Positions 10,463-19,871 of a stretch of 64,000 nucleotides of DNA are shown here, in pieces. The stretch is from an uncultured Chloroflexia bacterium (GTDB lineage Bacteria; Chloroflexota; Limnocylindria; Limnocylindrales; CSP1-4). Both the position numbers and the translations under genes were made by a program. Each line of letters opens with the position of its first letter. The stretch's first letter is position 1. The notes beneath the pieces are model-generated. The model ran no database searches. It was not told the DNA's origin and saw nothing but the letters and a program-made list of their open reading frames with translations. The DNA lies in contig CAVVAV010000003.1 in the NCBI GenBank assembly GCA_963746405.1, forward strand, positions 1,427,691 through 1,491,690. The letters are read 5' to 3'.

Positions 10463-11361
10463 CAGGCGGCGACCCCGTCGATGCGAGCGCGGTCGCGAGC
10501 GACGGCAAGGCCGGTCGCGGCGTCGAGCCCGAGCAGCACACCGGCGAGGAGATCCGAGCCGGAGGTCGCGCCATGGCGCACGCCGGTCTTGATCGCCTGG
10601 GCGATTCCCGCGGGGTCAGGCGCGGTGAGCCCGTCGAGCAGCCGATGGACCCGCTCCGCCACCTCGCCTCGGGCCGCGTGTCGGAGCAGGGCGACGGACA
10701 CGGCCGTCGTACGCGTTTCGACGTCGTCGAGCGCCGCCCCAAGGAAGCCGGCCACGGGATGGCCGGCGGCATGCAGGGCGCTCTCTATGCCCCCGAGGGC
10801 GTCGTCCCCGGACGGCGTCAGGCCGGGGCCGAGGCCGATGAGCCCGTGCGCAGCGCGGGCGGCCGCCGCCCGATCGCCGATCCGGATCGCGCGATCGATC
10901 GCCCTGAGGGACGGCCATGCCATCGGGAGATCCGACAGCCCGCCCGGCACGCGCGCGGCGCCGGTCAGGATGCGGGCATGCTCCGACCGCAACGCCCAGC
11001 AGCGCACATCGCGGCGGGCTATCAGGGGCGACCACTGGGCCGCGCCATCCGCTTGGACGACCAACGATGCCGCCGGGATGTGCAGTCGGCCAGCCACCCA
11101 TCGGGCAGCCATCCCGGGGCGGATCCCGAGGCTCGGGAGATCGGGGTCGTCGCCGACCAGGATCCCGTTTGGCAGACCGCCGACGGCTTCCTTGGCGAGG
11201 ACGACCAGCCGCCCGTCCCAGAGGGCGAGGTTGACGACGGCGCGATGGACGGCGACGACACGAAGGGCGCCGTGGGGCGTGCCGATCCCATCGAGGATCG
11301 GGCGAAGACCGACGCTGATGCGGGTGGCTCGGAGTGACGTCGGAGCCGTCTCGGAGTGCAT
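10462..11361 (-). CDS. DUF2877 protein, YlbF/AllH-like subunit of oxamate carbamoyltransferase
   Basis: 299 aa. Its stop overlaps the fdrA start (ATGA). It is the first gene of the minus-strand operon. Confidence 0.7.
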   Translation of the reverse strand: MHSETAPTSLRATRISVGLRPILDGIGTPHGALRVVAVHRAVVNLALWDGRLVVLAKEAVGGLPNGILVGDDPDLPSLGIRPGMAARWVAGRLHIPAASLVVQADGAAQWSPLIARRDVRCWALRSEHARILTGAARVPGGLSDLPMAWPSLRAIDRAIRIGDRAAAARAAHGLIGLGPGLTPSGDDALGGIESALHAAGHPVAGFLGAALDDVETRTTAVSVALLRHAARGEVAERVHRLLDGLTAPDPAGIAQAIKTGVRHGATSGSDLLAGVLLGLDAATGLAVARDRARIDGVAA

Positions 11362-11449
11362 CGATCACATCGTATGGACCGAGCCATGGGTGTGTCACTG
11401 TGAGATATCCACATTGACGACGACATCGGCTGTCGAGTATCCATAACCG

Positions 11450-13030
11450 ATGATCGGTCCGGTGTCGGTCGCCGATGTGCTCGCCCTCCCCTCCCTCGCC
11501 TCCGCCCGCGTGGTCGCCGGTCGCGGCGGCCTGGAGCGCGTGGTCAGTGCCGTCAATGTCATGGAGGTCCCGGACATCCTCGATTGGGTGCAGCCCGACG
11601 AGCTTCTGTTGACCACCGCGTATCCGCTGCGCGGCGATCCGGTCGCCCTGGACGCATTGGTGCCGCGCCTCGCCGAGCACGGCCTGGCCGCCATCGCCAT
11701 CAAGCCGGCGAGGTACATCGATTCGATCCCGGCTGGCATGCTCGACGCCGCAGACCGTCTGGACTTCCCCTTGATCGAACTGTCAGGCGACGCCGGGTTC
11801 AACGACATCATCCGCGAGGTGCTCACCGTCATCCTCGATTCACAGGCGGCGCGCCTGGAGCGGTCGGCGGCGATCCATGATCGGTTCACGGAGATCGTGC
11901 TGTCCGGCGGCGGTATCCGCCAGATCGCGGAGGCGCTGGCCGAGTTCGTCGATCGGCCTGTCACGATCATGGATGGCCAGGGGGTCGTCGCCTGGCAAAC
12001 GGCCGACGACGCGCCGGATCCCACGCCCAACGGGCTGGCGATCGTCCAGCCGATCCAGGTCGGCGGCGAGCGCTACGGGACGATCCTCGTTGCCGGCGAC
12101 GGCGGCCCGCTGAGCAGCGATCGACTCGAATCGATCGAGTACGCGGCGACCGTCGCGGCGCTCCGGCAGGTCCAGGCGCGGGCCGTGTCGGAGGCGGACC
12201 GGAGATTCCAGGCGGTCTGCCTGGAGGAGCTCGTGACCGGGCACGTGACCGACAGGGGCGTCCTCATGGAGCGGGCGACTGCGTTCGATTGGGACCTCGC
12301 GACGCCGCGGGCCGTCATCCTGGCCGAATCCGAGGCCGAGGCGAAGCCCGGACGGCCCGTGGCATCTCTCGCGGGCACTGGCGAAGAGGGCGCGCTGAGG
12401 GGCCGTCTCGCCGACGCCGCTCGCGTCGCCCTCGGTCCGACGGCCATCGTCTGGGAGCGCAGCCACGAGATCGGCGTGCTCGTGCCGGGGGGCGACACGT
12501 CCGAGCTACGGGTCGCCGCCGCGGCGCTTGTGGCAGAGGCGACACGGCGAATGCCGGGCGTCGTGGTCGGCGTCGGGATCGGGCGGACCGCGGAGGATCC
12601 GCTCGATCTGGGCACCTCGTATGCCGAGGCCCGTCGGGCGCTGACCATCGGGCGCTGGGGCCACGGCCCCGGTCGGGTCAGCGTCTTCGAAGACCTCGGC
12701 CTCGATCGACTGCTGGTGAACGTGCCGGACGCCGAGGTCAGGGCTTACTGCGAGGCCGTACTGGGACGACTCGAGGCATACGACACCGCCCGCCGCACGA
12801 ACCTCGTCACGACCCTCGAGACATTCCTTGCCTCGCGCAATGCGGCGCTCGCTGCCCGGCAGCTGTTCCTGCACTACAACACATTGAAGAACAGGCTCGA
12901 ACGGATCGAGGAGATCATCGGCCCCTACCTCGACGACCCCGACCGCTGCCTGAGCCTGGCGCTCGCCCTGCGGCTTCGGCGCCTTCCATTGCCGTTCGCG
13001 GCGGCGACAGGAGTGGTCGGGCGAGGCTGA
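11450..13030 (+). CDS. PucR-family (purine catabolism) transcriptional regulator
   Basis: 526 aa. The C-terminal HTH (LFLHYNTLKNRLERIEEI) is typical of PucR/CdaR. It is divergent from the ureide operon. Confidence 0.8.
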   Translation: MIGPVSVADVLALPSLASARVVAGRGGLERVVSAVNVMEVPDILDWVQPDELLLTTAYPLRGDPVALDALVPRLAEHGLAAIAIKPARYIDSIPAGMLDAADRLDFPLIELSGDAGFNDIIREVLTVILDSQAARLERSAAIHDRFTEIVLSGGGIRQIAEALAEFVDRPVTIMDGQGVVAWQTADDAPDPTPNGLAIVQPIQVGGERYGTILVAGDGGPLSSDRLESIEYAATVAALRQVQARAVSEADRRFQAVCLEELVTGHVTDRGVLMERATAFDWDLATPRAVILAESEAEAKPGRPVASLAGTGEEGALRGRLADAARVALGPTAIVWERSHEIGVLVPGGDTSELRVAAAALVAEATRRMPGVVVGVGIGRTAEDPLDLGTSYAEARRALTIGRWGHGPGRVSVFEDLGLDRLLVNVPDAEVRAYCEAVLGRLEAYDTARRTNLVTTLETFLASRNAALAARQLFLHYNTLKNRLERIEEIIGPYLDDPDRCLSLALALRLRRLPLPFAAATGVVGRG

Positions 13031-13170
13031 TCAGGGCAGCGGGCCGTCAGGCGCGACCGAGGAGGAACGGGTGGGCGACGTGCTGGTGCCTATCGGGCCC
13101 GCAACACTAGGACCACGCCGAAGGTATCCTCGTCGTCCTTTCGTCGTGCCGCATCAAGGAGGTCACGTCG

Positions 13171-13707
13171 ATGCTCCACGGGGAGCACCTCACGCTTCGA
13201 CCGATTCGCGAGGCCGACCTGGACGCCGTCTATGCGGCCCACGTCGACATCCGCAACCGCGGGGCGTTCTTCCCGCTCGGCGTGCAATCCGAGTCGGCGT
13301 TCAGGCGCGAGTTCAGCGAACACGGCTTCTGGCAGCGCGAGGAAGGGATGCTGCTGATGATCTCGGGCGAGGGCGAGATCGCCGGTCACATCGAGTTCTT
13401 CAAGCCGGTCAACTACTGGGACGCGTTCGAGCTGTCGTACCAGCTCTACGACGATCGCTTCGCCGGCCGCGGCTACACCACGGAGGCCGTGCAGCTCGTC
13501 GTCGACTACCTGTTCGGTACCAAGAAGCAGCACCGGATCCAGCTCGACATCGTTCCTGAGAACGCCGCCTCAAGACGAGTCGCCGAGAAGTGCGGCTTCA
13601 CCCTCGAAGGCACCGCTCGCGGCGCGTTCTTCAACACCGGTCGCAACCAGGACCTCCTGATCTACTCGCTCCTCCGGACTGACCCCAGACCCTGGCAGAC
13701 CGGCTGA
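13171..13707 (+). CDS. GNAT-family N-acetyltransferase (RimJ/RimL-like)
   Basis: 178 aa. LTLRPIREADLDAVYA... and ...GRGYTTEAVQLVVDYLF... are GNAT motifs. RBS AAGGAGG precedes it. Confidence 0.8.
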   Translation: MLHGEHLTLRPIREADLDAVYAAHVDIRNRGAFFPLGVQSESAFRREFSEHGFWQREEGMLLMISGEGEIAGHIEFFKPVNYWDAFELSYQLYDDRFAGRGYTTEAVQLVVDYLFGTKKQHRIQLDIVPENAASRRVAEKCGFTLEGTARGAFFNTGRNQDLLIYSLLRTDPRPWQTG

Positions 13708-13816
13708 GCCCGCCGCTGGCACGGCCACGTTTCCAACCAAAGAATGAACCCGCAACAGGTGCGCTCCGCCATAACGTGTAGGCGACCAGATCGGTCGCCC
13801 CCGAAAGGAGCGAAGC

Positions 13817-14374
13817 GTGCAGGCGGAGCTCGTCGACAGGGCGCGACGCGGAGACCGCGAGGCCTTCAGCGTCCTTGCCGCCGGCGCCGTCGATCGGTTG
13901 TACGCGATCGCCCGTCTCATCCTCCGCGATACCGAACTCGCCGAGGATGCGACGCAAGACGCACTGGTGCGGGCATGGCGCGATCTGCCGACGCTTCGCG
14001 ACGTCGAGCGGTTTGACGCCTGGCTGTACCGGCTGATCGTCCGAGCGAGCACCGACGTCGGCCGTCACCGCCGGCGGTTGCGAGCCGAGGTCACGATCCT
14101 GCCGAAGGAACCGTTCGAGTCGGATCGCACGTCGGCACTCGCCGACCGCGACCAGCTCGAGCGCGGATTACGGCGGCTTACCGCTGCGCAGCAGACGATC
14201 CTCGTCCTGAATTTCTACGTCGGCCTGACTCCGAGCGAGGCGGCCGATGCTCTCGAGATCCCCGTCGGGACCGCCAAGTCCCGGCTCCACCATGCCATCG
14301 AGGCGCTCCGGGCGGTCATGGCCGCCGAAGAGCGGTCCTCGGTCGGCGACATGCGGGAGGGCCGGATGGCATGA
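13817..14374 (+). CDS. ECF-type RNA polymerase sigma-70 factor
   Basis: 185 aa. Region 2 (FSVLAAGAVDRLYAIARLILRD...AEDATQDALVRAW) and region 4 (LTPSEAADALEIPVGTAKSRLHHA) are present. GTG start after AAAGGAG. Confidence 0.85.
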   Translation: MQAELVDRARRGDREAFSVLAAGAVDRLYAIARLILRDTELAEDATQDALVRAWRDLPTLRDVERFDAWLYRLIVRASTDVGRHRRRLRAEVTILPKEPFESDRTSALADRDQLERGLRRLTAAQQTILVLNFYVGLTPSEAADALEIPVGTAKSRLHHAIEALRAVMAAEERSSVGDMREGRMA

Positions 14375-15204
14375 CTGCCAACGACAGCCTCGAACGCCGG
14401 ATCGCCGACCACTACGCCGCCGAGGCGACGCCGCGAGCCCCCGACTGGCTGCTTGCGTCGACCCTCAAGACCATCGAAGACACACCACAACGGCGCGTCC
14501 TCATTCGCGTGCCGTGGAGGTTCCCGCACATGAACAACGTCGCCAAGTTGGCGGTCGCGGCCGTGGTCGTGATCGCCGTCGGGGCGGTGGGCCTGAGCGT
14601 GCTCAGGCCCTCGACCTCGTCCAACCTGGGCGGTCAGCCTACCGCCAGCCCGTCCGCTTCGCCCTCACCCTCGCCGGCGCCCAGCGCGTCCCCGAGTGCG
14701 TCGCCCGAGTCGCCTCCGGCATTGACGGAGACCTTCACGTCGGAACGTGGCTTCTCGATCTCGTACCCGACCGGCTGGGTGCCTCGACCCGCGACCACCT
14801 CGTGGACCACGAGCTTCCCGGACTTCGCCTCGACGGACGGCGATGTCATCTATGACCCGGTCCTTCAGGACCACCTCTGGATCGTGATCGCCTCGCAGCC
14901 CCTGGCCGACGGGACGACCGCGGCACGGTGGGTTGACGACCTGATCGCCGGGCTCTCCGCAAACGGCTTGTGCGATCCACCGATCGAGCCCGTCACGATC
15001 GATGGCAACCAGGGTCGGCAGTGTGGTTCGTCGACCGCTGCTGTCGCGGCCGGGGGTCGAGGCTACGCGATCTCGCTGTACACCTCCGGGGATGACCCGG
15101 CGGCCGTCGCGAAATACGACGAGGCGTATTTCGACGAGATCCTCGCGACGCTTCGGCTCCAGCCGGAGGACGCTGTCGATACCCTGCCGTCGGCCTCGCC
15201 CTGA
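14371..15204 (+). CDS. putative anti-sigma factor (single-pass membrane protein with Ser/Pro-rich linker and extracytoplasmic domain)
   Basis: It overlaps the sigma gene stop (ATGA). It has a short cytoplasmic N-terminus, a TM segment (LAVAAVVVIAVGAVGLSVL), a PSASPSPSP linker and a roughly 150-aa C-terminal domain. Confidence 0.55.
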   Translation: MTANDSLERRIADHYAAEATPRAPDWLLASTLKTIEDTPQRRVLIRVPWRFPHMNNVAKLAVAAVVVIAVGAVGLSVLRPSTSSNLGGQPTASPSASPSPSPAPSASPSASPESPPALTETFTSERGFSISYPTGWVPRPATTSWTTSFPDFASTDGDVIYDPVLQDHLWIVIASQPLADGTTAARWVDDLIAGLSANGLCDPPIEPVTIDGNQGRQCGSSTAAVAAGGRGYAISLYTSGDDPAAVAKYDEAYFDEILATLRLQPEDAVDTLPSASP

Positions 15205-15584
15205 CCTTCCGGCTCGCCGCCTGCCCGCGGCTCCAACACCACGAGCGCCGTCTCCCGGGACCGGAGGGCGGCGCTCGCGTCCGTATAGGCCGAGCTCTCC
15301 AGGGCAAGAAAGCGCGCCCACAGCCGATCGCGCTCCTCGCCGAGCGCCGCGCGAGCCTTCACGTCGCGCGGGCCGTCGGGCAGTTCGATGGATGCATTCG
15401 GATCCGCCTGGAGGTTGAGCCACCACGACGGCTCCGGGTCGGCCCAGCCGTTCATCGCCGGGATCACGATGTTCGGCCCATCGACGATGTCGCGCAGGAG
15501 GCAGGCCACGACCCCGTCCGCCGCGCTCTGGGTACGACAGCAGGTGCTCGAGTGCCTTGACGAACACCGGGTCGCGTCGCCCAC
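15063..15584 (-). pseudogene. DUF385/deazaflavin-dependent nitroreductase-like (Ddn family) fragment lacking the conserved N-terminal segment
   Basis: Residues ...GVVACLLRDIVDGPNIVIPAMNGWADPEPSWWLNLQADPNASIEL...GEERDRLWARF...ALVVLEP align with the Ddn/DUF385 core. The N-terminal 30 aa of the ORF (MGDATRCSSRHSSTCC...) show no family similarity. The 3' end overlaps the convergent anti-sigma gene by about 140 nt. Confidence 0.35.
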
Positions 15585-15677
15585 GGGAACCCCCTAGACA
15601 CCGCCGACGAGACCGGTCGCCAAGGCAGCTGGGTCCATTGACAGAGTCATACCGGCTGTCCTACCATCGGTCTTACC

Positions 15678-15995
15678 ATGGATGACCGACGTTCCCACCA
15701 ACGGAAGGCCTTCTCCGAGGCGGTCACGCCATACGGCGCGGACAACTCGGCCACCTCCCACACCAAGCTCTCGATCAGCCTTCCGACGGACCTGGTCGAG
15801 CTCGTGCGAGCCAGCGCTGCGGCCACCGGTCTGAGCGTCAGTGCGACCATCGCAGCCTCGCTTCGTCGAACGCTCGAGGATGCCGAGCAGGCGAGCCTGG
15901 ACCGCGCCCTGGAACTGGATGCCGAGGAGAACCTCGCCTGGGCAAATGCGTATCTGCCGATCGCTGCGAAACTGGTCTCTGAGCTGGAGTGGTAG
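15678..15995 (+). CDS. ribbon-helix-helix (CopG/RHH) antitoxin
   Basis: 105 aa. TKLSISLPTDLVELVRASAAATGLSVSATIAASLRRTL is an RHH fold. It lies directly upstream of the MazF-like gene and overlaps it. Confidence 0.65.
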   Translation: MDDRRSHQRKAFSEAVTPYGADNSATSHTKLSISLPTDLVELVRASAAATGLSVSATIAASLRRTLEDAEQASLDRALELDAEENLAWANAYLPIAAKLVSELEW

Positions 15996-16363
15996 GCATC
16001 GGCAACGCACCCGCGACGACCGCGCCGCGGCGTGGCGACATCCACTTCGTGGATTTCCCTGACCTCGGCGGCCACGTTATCTACGGACCGCATCCCGCCG
16101 TTATCGTTCGCACCGACCGGATGCAGCGTTCGACGACCGTGATCGTCGCACCGATGACCAGCACCGCCCGGTCCCTGCCTGAAGGCCCGCCGTATCTTGT
16201 CGCTGTCGCCGGGCGCGATTCGGGATTGAACAGGGACGGCTATGTCAAGTGCGACCAACTCCTGACGTTTCCGGCCACGATCCTCGGGCCCAAAGCCGGA
16301 CGGCTCAACCCGGAGGCGCTGGATCGCGTCGACACGGCCCTTCGGTTCGTCCTGGGTCTCTGA
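15989..16363 (+). CDS. mazF: MazF/PemK/Kid-family endoribonuclease toxin
   Basis: 124 aa. RRGDIHFVDFPDLGGHVIYGPHPAVIV...VIVAPMTS...KCDQLLTFPATIL matches the MazF/PemK fold. Confidence 0.75.
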   Translation: MVGIGNAPATTAPRRGDIHFVDFPDLGGHVIYGPHPAVIVRTDRMQRSTTVIVAPMTSTARSLPEGPPYLVAVAGRDSGLNRDGYVKCDQLLTFPATILGPKAGRLNPEALDRVDTALRFVLGL

Positions 16364-16904
16364 ACCGATCATCTCAACCGATCCAGCACGCCCGCCCGGC
16401 GCGATCACGACCAGGTGCTAGCACGCCCGGATCGACCACCGCGCGCAGCCGGTCGACAACGAGACGTTCCGCCGTCTCGCCACGGGGCACGGTGCTCGTC
16501 GCGCGCATGGACATCCCCGGTGCGCCCTGAGACTCGGAAGCGGAGTCGCGGGGTCGGGGCATCGTAGCGCAAGGCTCGCGCGATTCCGTCGCGCCAAGCG
16601 TCTCGGTCACTCGATCTCGCCGTCCAGCTCACCGTCCGGAACGTCCATCAGGAAGAAGTCGCGCTCGCGGTAGCACTCGCCGCAGATCGGCTGACCGGCG
16701 TCGCCGATCGGGTCCTCGTCGGGGTCGCCGTTCAGCGCGCGCCCGCACGTGGCGCAGCGCAGCTGTGCTTGAGCCAGGTCGTGTCGCCCACCTCGGCAGG
16801 CTCCTCCAGTCGCGAGGATCCCGGTCGATCCCCGACGTCGAGGCGACCATCGCCGAGCGCCGTGACATCTCGTCTGTCACGAGCGGTGCTGCGAGGCACC
16901 GGAC

Positions 16905-16995
16905 CGTATCGGGGACCCACCTGATGCCGCCGAGGTGCATCGCCCGGAAAACCTGTCTCCGGGCGGGCCACCTATGCATCACCGGGCGGGCGAAC
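16905..16995. repeat. REP-like palindromic intergenic repeat (GATGCcgccgagGTGCATCgcccgg ... ccgggcggg)
   Basis: It shares the GTGCATCGCCCGG / CCGGGCGGG stem-loop units and the GATGC...GCATC hairpin with the loci at 20.5 kb and 27 kb. Confidence 0.5.
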
Positions 16996-16996
16996 C

Positions 16997-17951
16997 CTAC
17001 GGACGCGTCGGCAACCTCGTGATCCAGTACTCGAAGTCTGGCGGCGGCGGGGTCGGGCGGAACCTTGCATTCACGACCCACAGGGCGCCGAACGCGCGCG
17101 TGGCGGTCGTCGGGACGTCGAGGTTGCCGGGCGACGTGATCTCGCCGAGCAGTCGGGCCTTCCGCAGGCCATCGCGCAGCTTCAGCACCGCCACGAGGTT
17201 CGAGAAGTTGCGCACGACGTACAGCGTCTTCCCGTGCAGCTCGAGCCCGTCGCCGTTCGTGACGAGGTAGCCGCCGGTGTCGATCTGGCGCGTCTTGCCG
17301 GTCCGCGGGTTGACCTTGAACAGGAGGCCCTCGTTCGACTGGACGAGCACGAGCCAGCCGCCGCGGGCGGCGATGCCGTTCGCGTTGAAGCCGGCCGAGT
17401 ACGAGAGGTCGCCGGTGAGCGCCATGGTCGTGGCGGCGGACGGAGCGGGCAAGCGGCCGCGACGACCGAGCGGGATGACGAGCAGCTGCTGGTTCACCGA
17501 GTCGGTGGCGTAGACCGCGTTGCGGCTGATGTCGAGGTCGTTGATGAACCCGGCCGTCGGGAACGGGTAGGTCTGCAGCAGCTCCCCGGTCCGTGCCCGG
17601 TACACCCGGATCTGCTTGCGTCGGACCACCGGCGACCCACAGCCGCCCACGGCGATCGAGATGCAGGCCGACCGACACGAGACCGGCGGTGGCCTCGTTG
17701 TCGACGAGCAAGCGGGGCGCCCTGCCGGTCAGGACGTTGACGGTCCAGATGTCGCCGTCACGCAGCGACCCGACGTAGAGGTTCCCGCGCCGATCGGACT
17801 CGATGCCCTCGGGCTGGAACCCGTCGGGCAGCTCGATGCGCTCGGGCAGGTCGGGATCGGGGGGCTTGTGGCCGGCCGCGGCGGGCGCGAGGACCAGCGA
17901 GGCGGCAAACGCCACCGTGAGAAGGAGAGCGAGGCGGCGGGCGAACGACAT
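16997..17951 (-). CDS. secreted SMP-30/gluconolactonase/LRE-like beta-propeller protein; apparent +1 frameshift near 17645
   Basis: The signal peptide MSFARRLALLLTVAFAASLVLAPAAAGH follows RBS GGAGG. The N-terminal part is in the frame of ORF 16629..18113 (...GNLYVGSLRDGDIWTV...GRLWVAGGPT). The remainder is in the frame of ORF 16997..17650 (...RVYRARTGELLQTYPFP...AVYATDSVNQQLLVIP...NGIAARGGWLVLVQSNEGLLFKVNPRTGK...). Confidence 0.6.
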
Positions 17952-18401
17952 GATGGCCTCCAGCGTCCCTGGCTGGCCGCGTCTTTCGGTTCGGGCACGA
18001 TTTTGGCCCGAGATGGGCCCGAAGCGACGATCAGCCGGCCCTCGGGGGTGAGCCGACTGATCGTGCTGGGGTTTATGAGTGCGCTGCCGGCGGGCGCCCC
18101 CACCAGCCGGCACGTTCGCCTCTTATCGATACGTCAGCGGCCCCCCAGGACCGGAGCGAGTGATCGGAATGCTCCGACCTCGCCAATGCGTATCGACCAC
18201 GGCGCGTGGTGGCTGATGCCCGGGCGCCCGCCGGCGCGCGGTGATGGTCGATCGAGCGAGGTCCCGCCGGTGATGCGCGGCTAGGAGGGAACGAGCATGG
18301 CGGACACAGCCAGATCGAACACTTGGCACGGTACGGCGAGCTGCCTCGGACCCGCCCGGCACGGGCCGCGCTGTGCATTACAGCTGCATAACAACCGGGG
18401 G

Positions 18402-18593
18402 TCAGTCGAAGTCGAAGATGGTGTTCCCGTCGTAGAAGCTGAGCACGTACTGGCAGCGCTCGCAGATGAGGAGCCGGACCCGATGGGCGGTCATCCCCCA
18501 GGCGCTGTCGATCTTGCCCTCCTCCTGCTGGAACGTGCGGTTCCCGCAGAGCGGACAGGTCGGCAGCCTGGAGGGCTCGAGTTCGTCGGTCAT
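18402..18593 (-). CDS. small zinc-ribbon protein (CPxCG...CxxC)
   Basis: 63 aa, MTDELEPSRLPTCPLCGNRTFQQEEGKIDSAWGMTAHRVRLLICERCQYVLSFYDGNTIFDFD. Third-position GC is high. It starts 11 nt after the protease stop on the same strand. Confidence 0.55.
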   Translation of the reverse strand: MTDELEPSRLPTCPLCGNRTFQQEEGKIDSAWGMTAHRVRLLICERCQYVLSFYDGNTIFDFD

Positions 18594-18603
18594 GTGCGGA
18601 CCC

Positions 18604-19608
18604 CTACGGGTTGACCGCGACGATCGAGTTGCCCGTCGACGAGTTCGCCCGGTTGTAGACCGCGTTCGTGCTGCTGTTGAACTTGGGGCCGTACATGTTG
18701 GCGGTGCTGCCGTATCCGTACGAGTTGAGCGACGTCATCGTGCCGCCGGAGTTCGTAAAGCCGGCGATCCACGGCCCGCCCGACGAGCCACCGGTCATGT
18801 TGCACGCGATGCCCCACGTCCGGTTCCCGTTCTGGCCGTCGTTGAACGTCGGGCCTGCGCAGTAAATGAAGTCCTTGCCCTTGTATCGACCAGCCGCCGG
18901 ATACCCGAACGCGTGCACGGACCCGCCGGTCGAGATCGCCGGGTAGGCGATCCCGTACGTCCCAAGGGCGTCGAGCTGGGTCCCGGTCTTGCCACCGGGT
19001 CCGACGATCGCGATCGCGAAGTCGTGGACCGTGGCCTGGGTGTTGAAGCTGCCAGCGGTGGCGTAGCCGCTATCGACGACGAGCCCGGACGCGGTCCAGC
19101 AGCCGAAGGTCGACTGGGCGCAGGTGAACGTCGGGGCCGTGTCGAAGGAGGGGACGTACGTCCAGTTCGTGGCGAACTCCTCGTTGACCTCATCGAACGC
19201 GCAGTGCCCGGCGGTCAGGACCAGGGAGTGCATGGTGCGGCTGTCGCTCACTGCCGAAGCCGAGCAGACCCAGTTCGAGCCGTCCATCGTGAACAGCACC
19301 TTGCCGGTGCGCTGGACCACGGGTCCGCCTCCGGACCATGAGGCGCCCGTGACGGTGCCGCCGCCGGGAGGCGGTGGCTTGACCGGCTTGGCTTTGGGCT
19401 GGAACTTCCCGTCGGCCCCGCGCACGAAGTCGCGTGGCTTGGCGTTCGAGATCCGCTCGGCCGTCCAGTACTTGACGATCCGCTCGTGCTCGGCCTTGGT
19501 CTTGTCCTTGGCCCCGCCGTCGCCGGCCATGACCGGCGCCACCGCGATCGGCAGCAGGGCCAGGACCGTGAGCAGGGCAGCCGCGATAGCGGACTTGGAT
19601 CGATGCAT
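18604..19608 (-). CDS. secreted trypsin-like serine protease (peptidase S1, streptogrisin-like)
   Basis: It has a signal peptide (MHRSKSAIAAALLTVLALLPIAVAPVMAG), the catalytic-His motif LTAGHC and the catalytic-Ser motif GGSSGGPW. RBS GGGAGGA precedes it. The ORF track's longer start at 19800 is unlikely. Confidence 0.8.
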   Translation of the reverse strand: MHRSKSAIAAALLTVLALLPIAVAPVMAGDGGAKDKTKAEHERIVKYWTAERISNAKPRDFVRGADGKFQPKAKPVKPPPPGGGTVTGASWSGGGPVVQRTGKVLFTMDGSNWVCSASAVSDSRTMHSLVLTAGHCAFDEVNEEFATNWTYVPSFDTAPTFTCAQSTFGCWTASGLVVDSGYATAGSFNTQATVHDFAIAIVGPGGKTGTQLDALGTYGIAYPAISTGGSVHAFGYPAAGRYKGKDFIYCAGPTFNDGQNGNRTWGIACNMTGGSSGGPWIAGFTNSGGTMTSLNSYGYGSTANMYGPKFNSSTNAVYNRANSSTGNSIVAVNP

Positions 19609-19871
19609 GGAAAGGCTTCCTCCCGGTATCGCGCGTGACGCTTGGGTCTCGTGGCCGACAGGGTACCCGGTGCCCGACGGCGGATTCTGTCGGCGTGGCG
19701 CCTTCGAGCACGACTTTGGTGCCGCCGCGCACCACCGGAAGGTGCCGGTCACCTGTCGCGTCCCCGAGTCGTCCCGATGGGCTCCATCGCAGCTCCACAT
19801 TCGGGCGCGAGCATTCGATCACGGACGGCCGCCCACTTCGGGAGGCCGACAACACTAAGGAGTCGCACGTC

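Noticed and set aside
10616-11680. 354-aa minus ORF and several 100-250-aa ORFs (10573..11337 +, 10917..11234 +) over the ylbF region
   Set aside because: They are alternative frames of the ylbF gene with Arg-rich, low-complexity translations. ylbF in its own frame has family similarity and operon coupling.
18297-18614. Plus-strand 105-aa ORF with a plausible GGAGGG RBS
   Set aside because: It runs antisense through the better-supported zinc-ribbon gene and has no similarity or typical composition.
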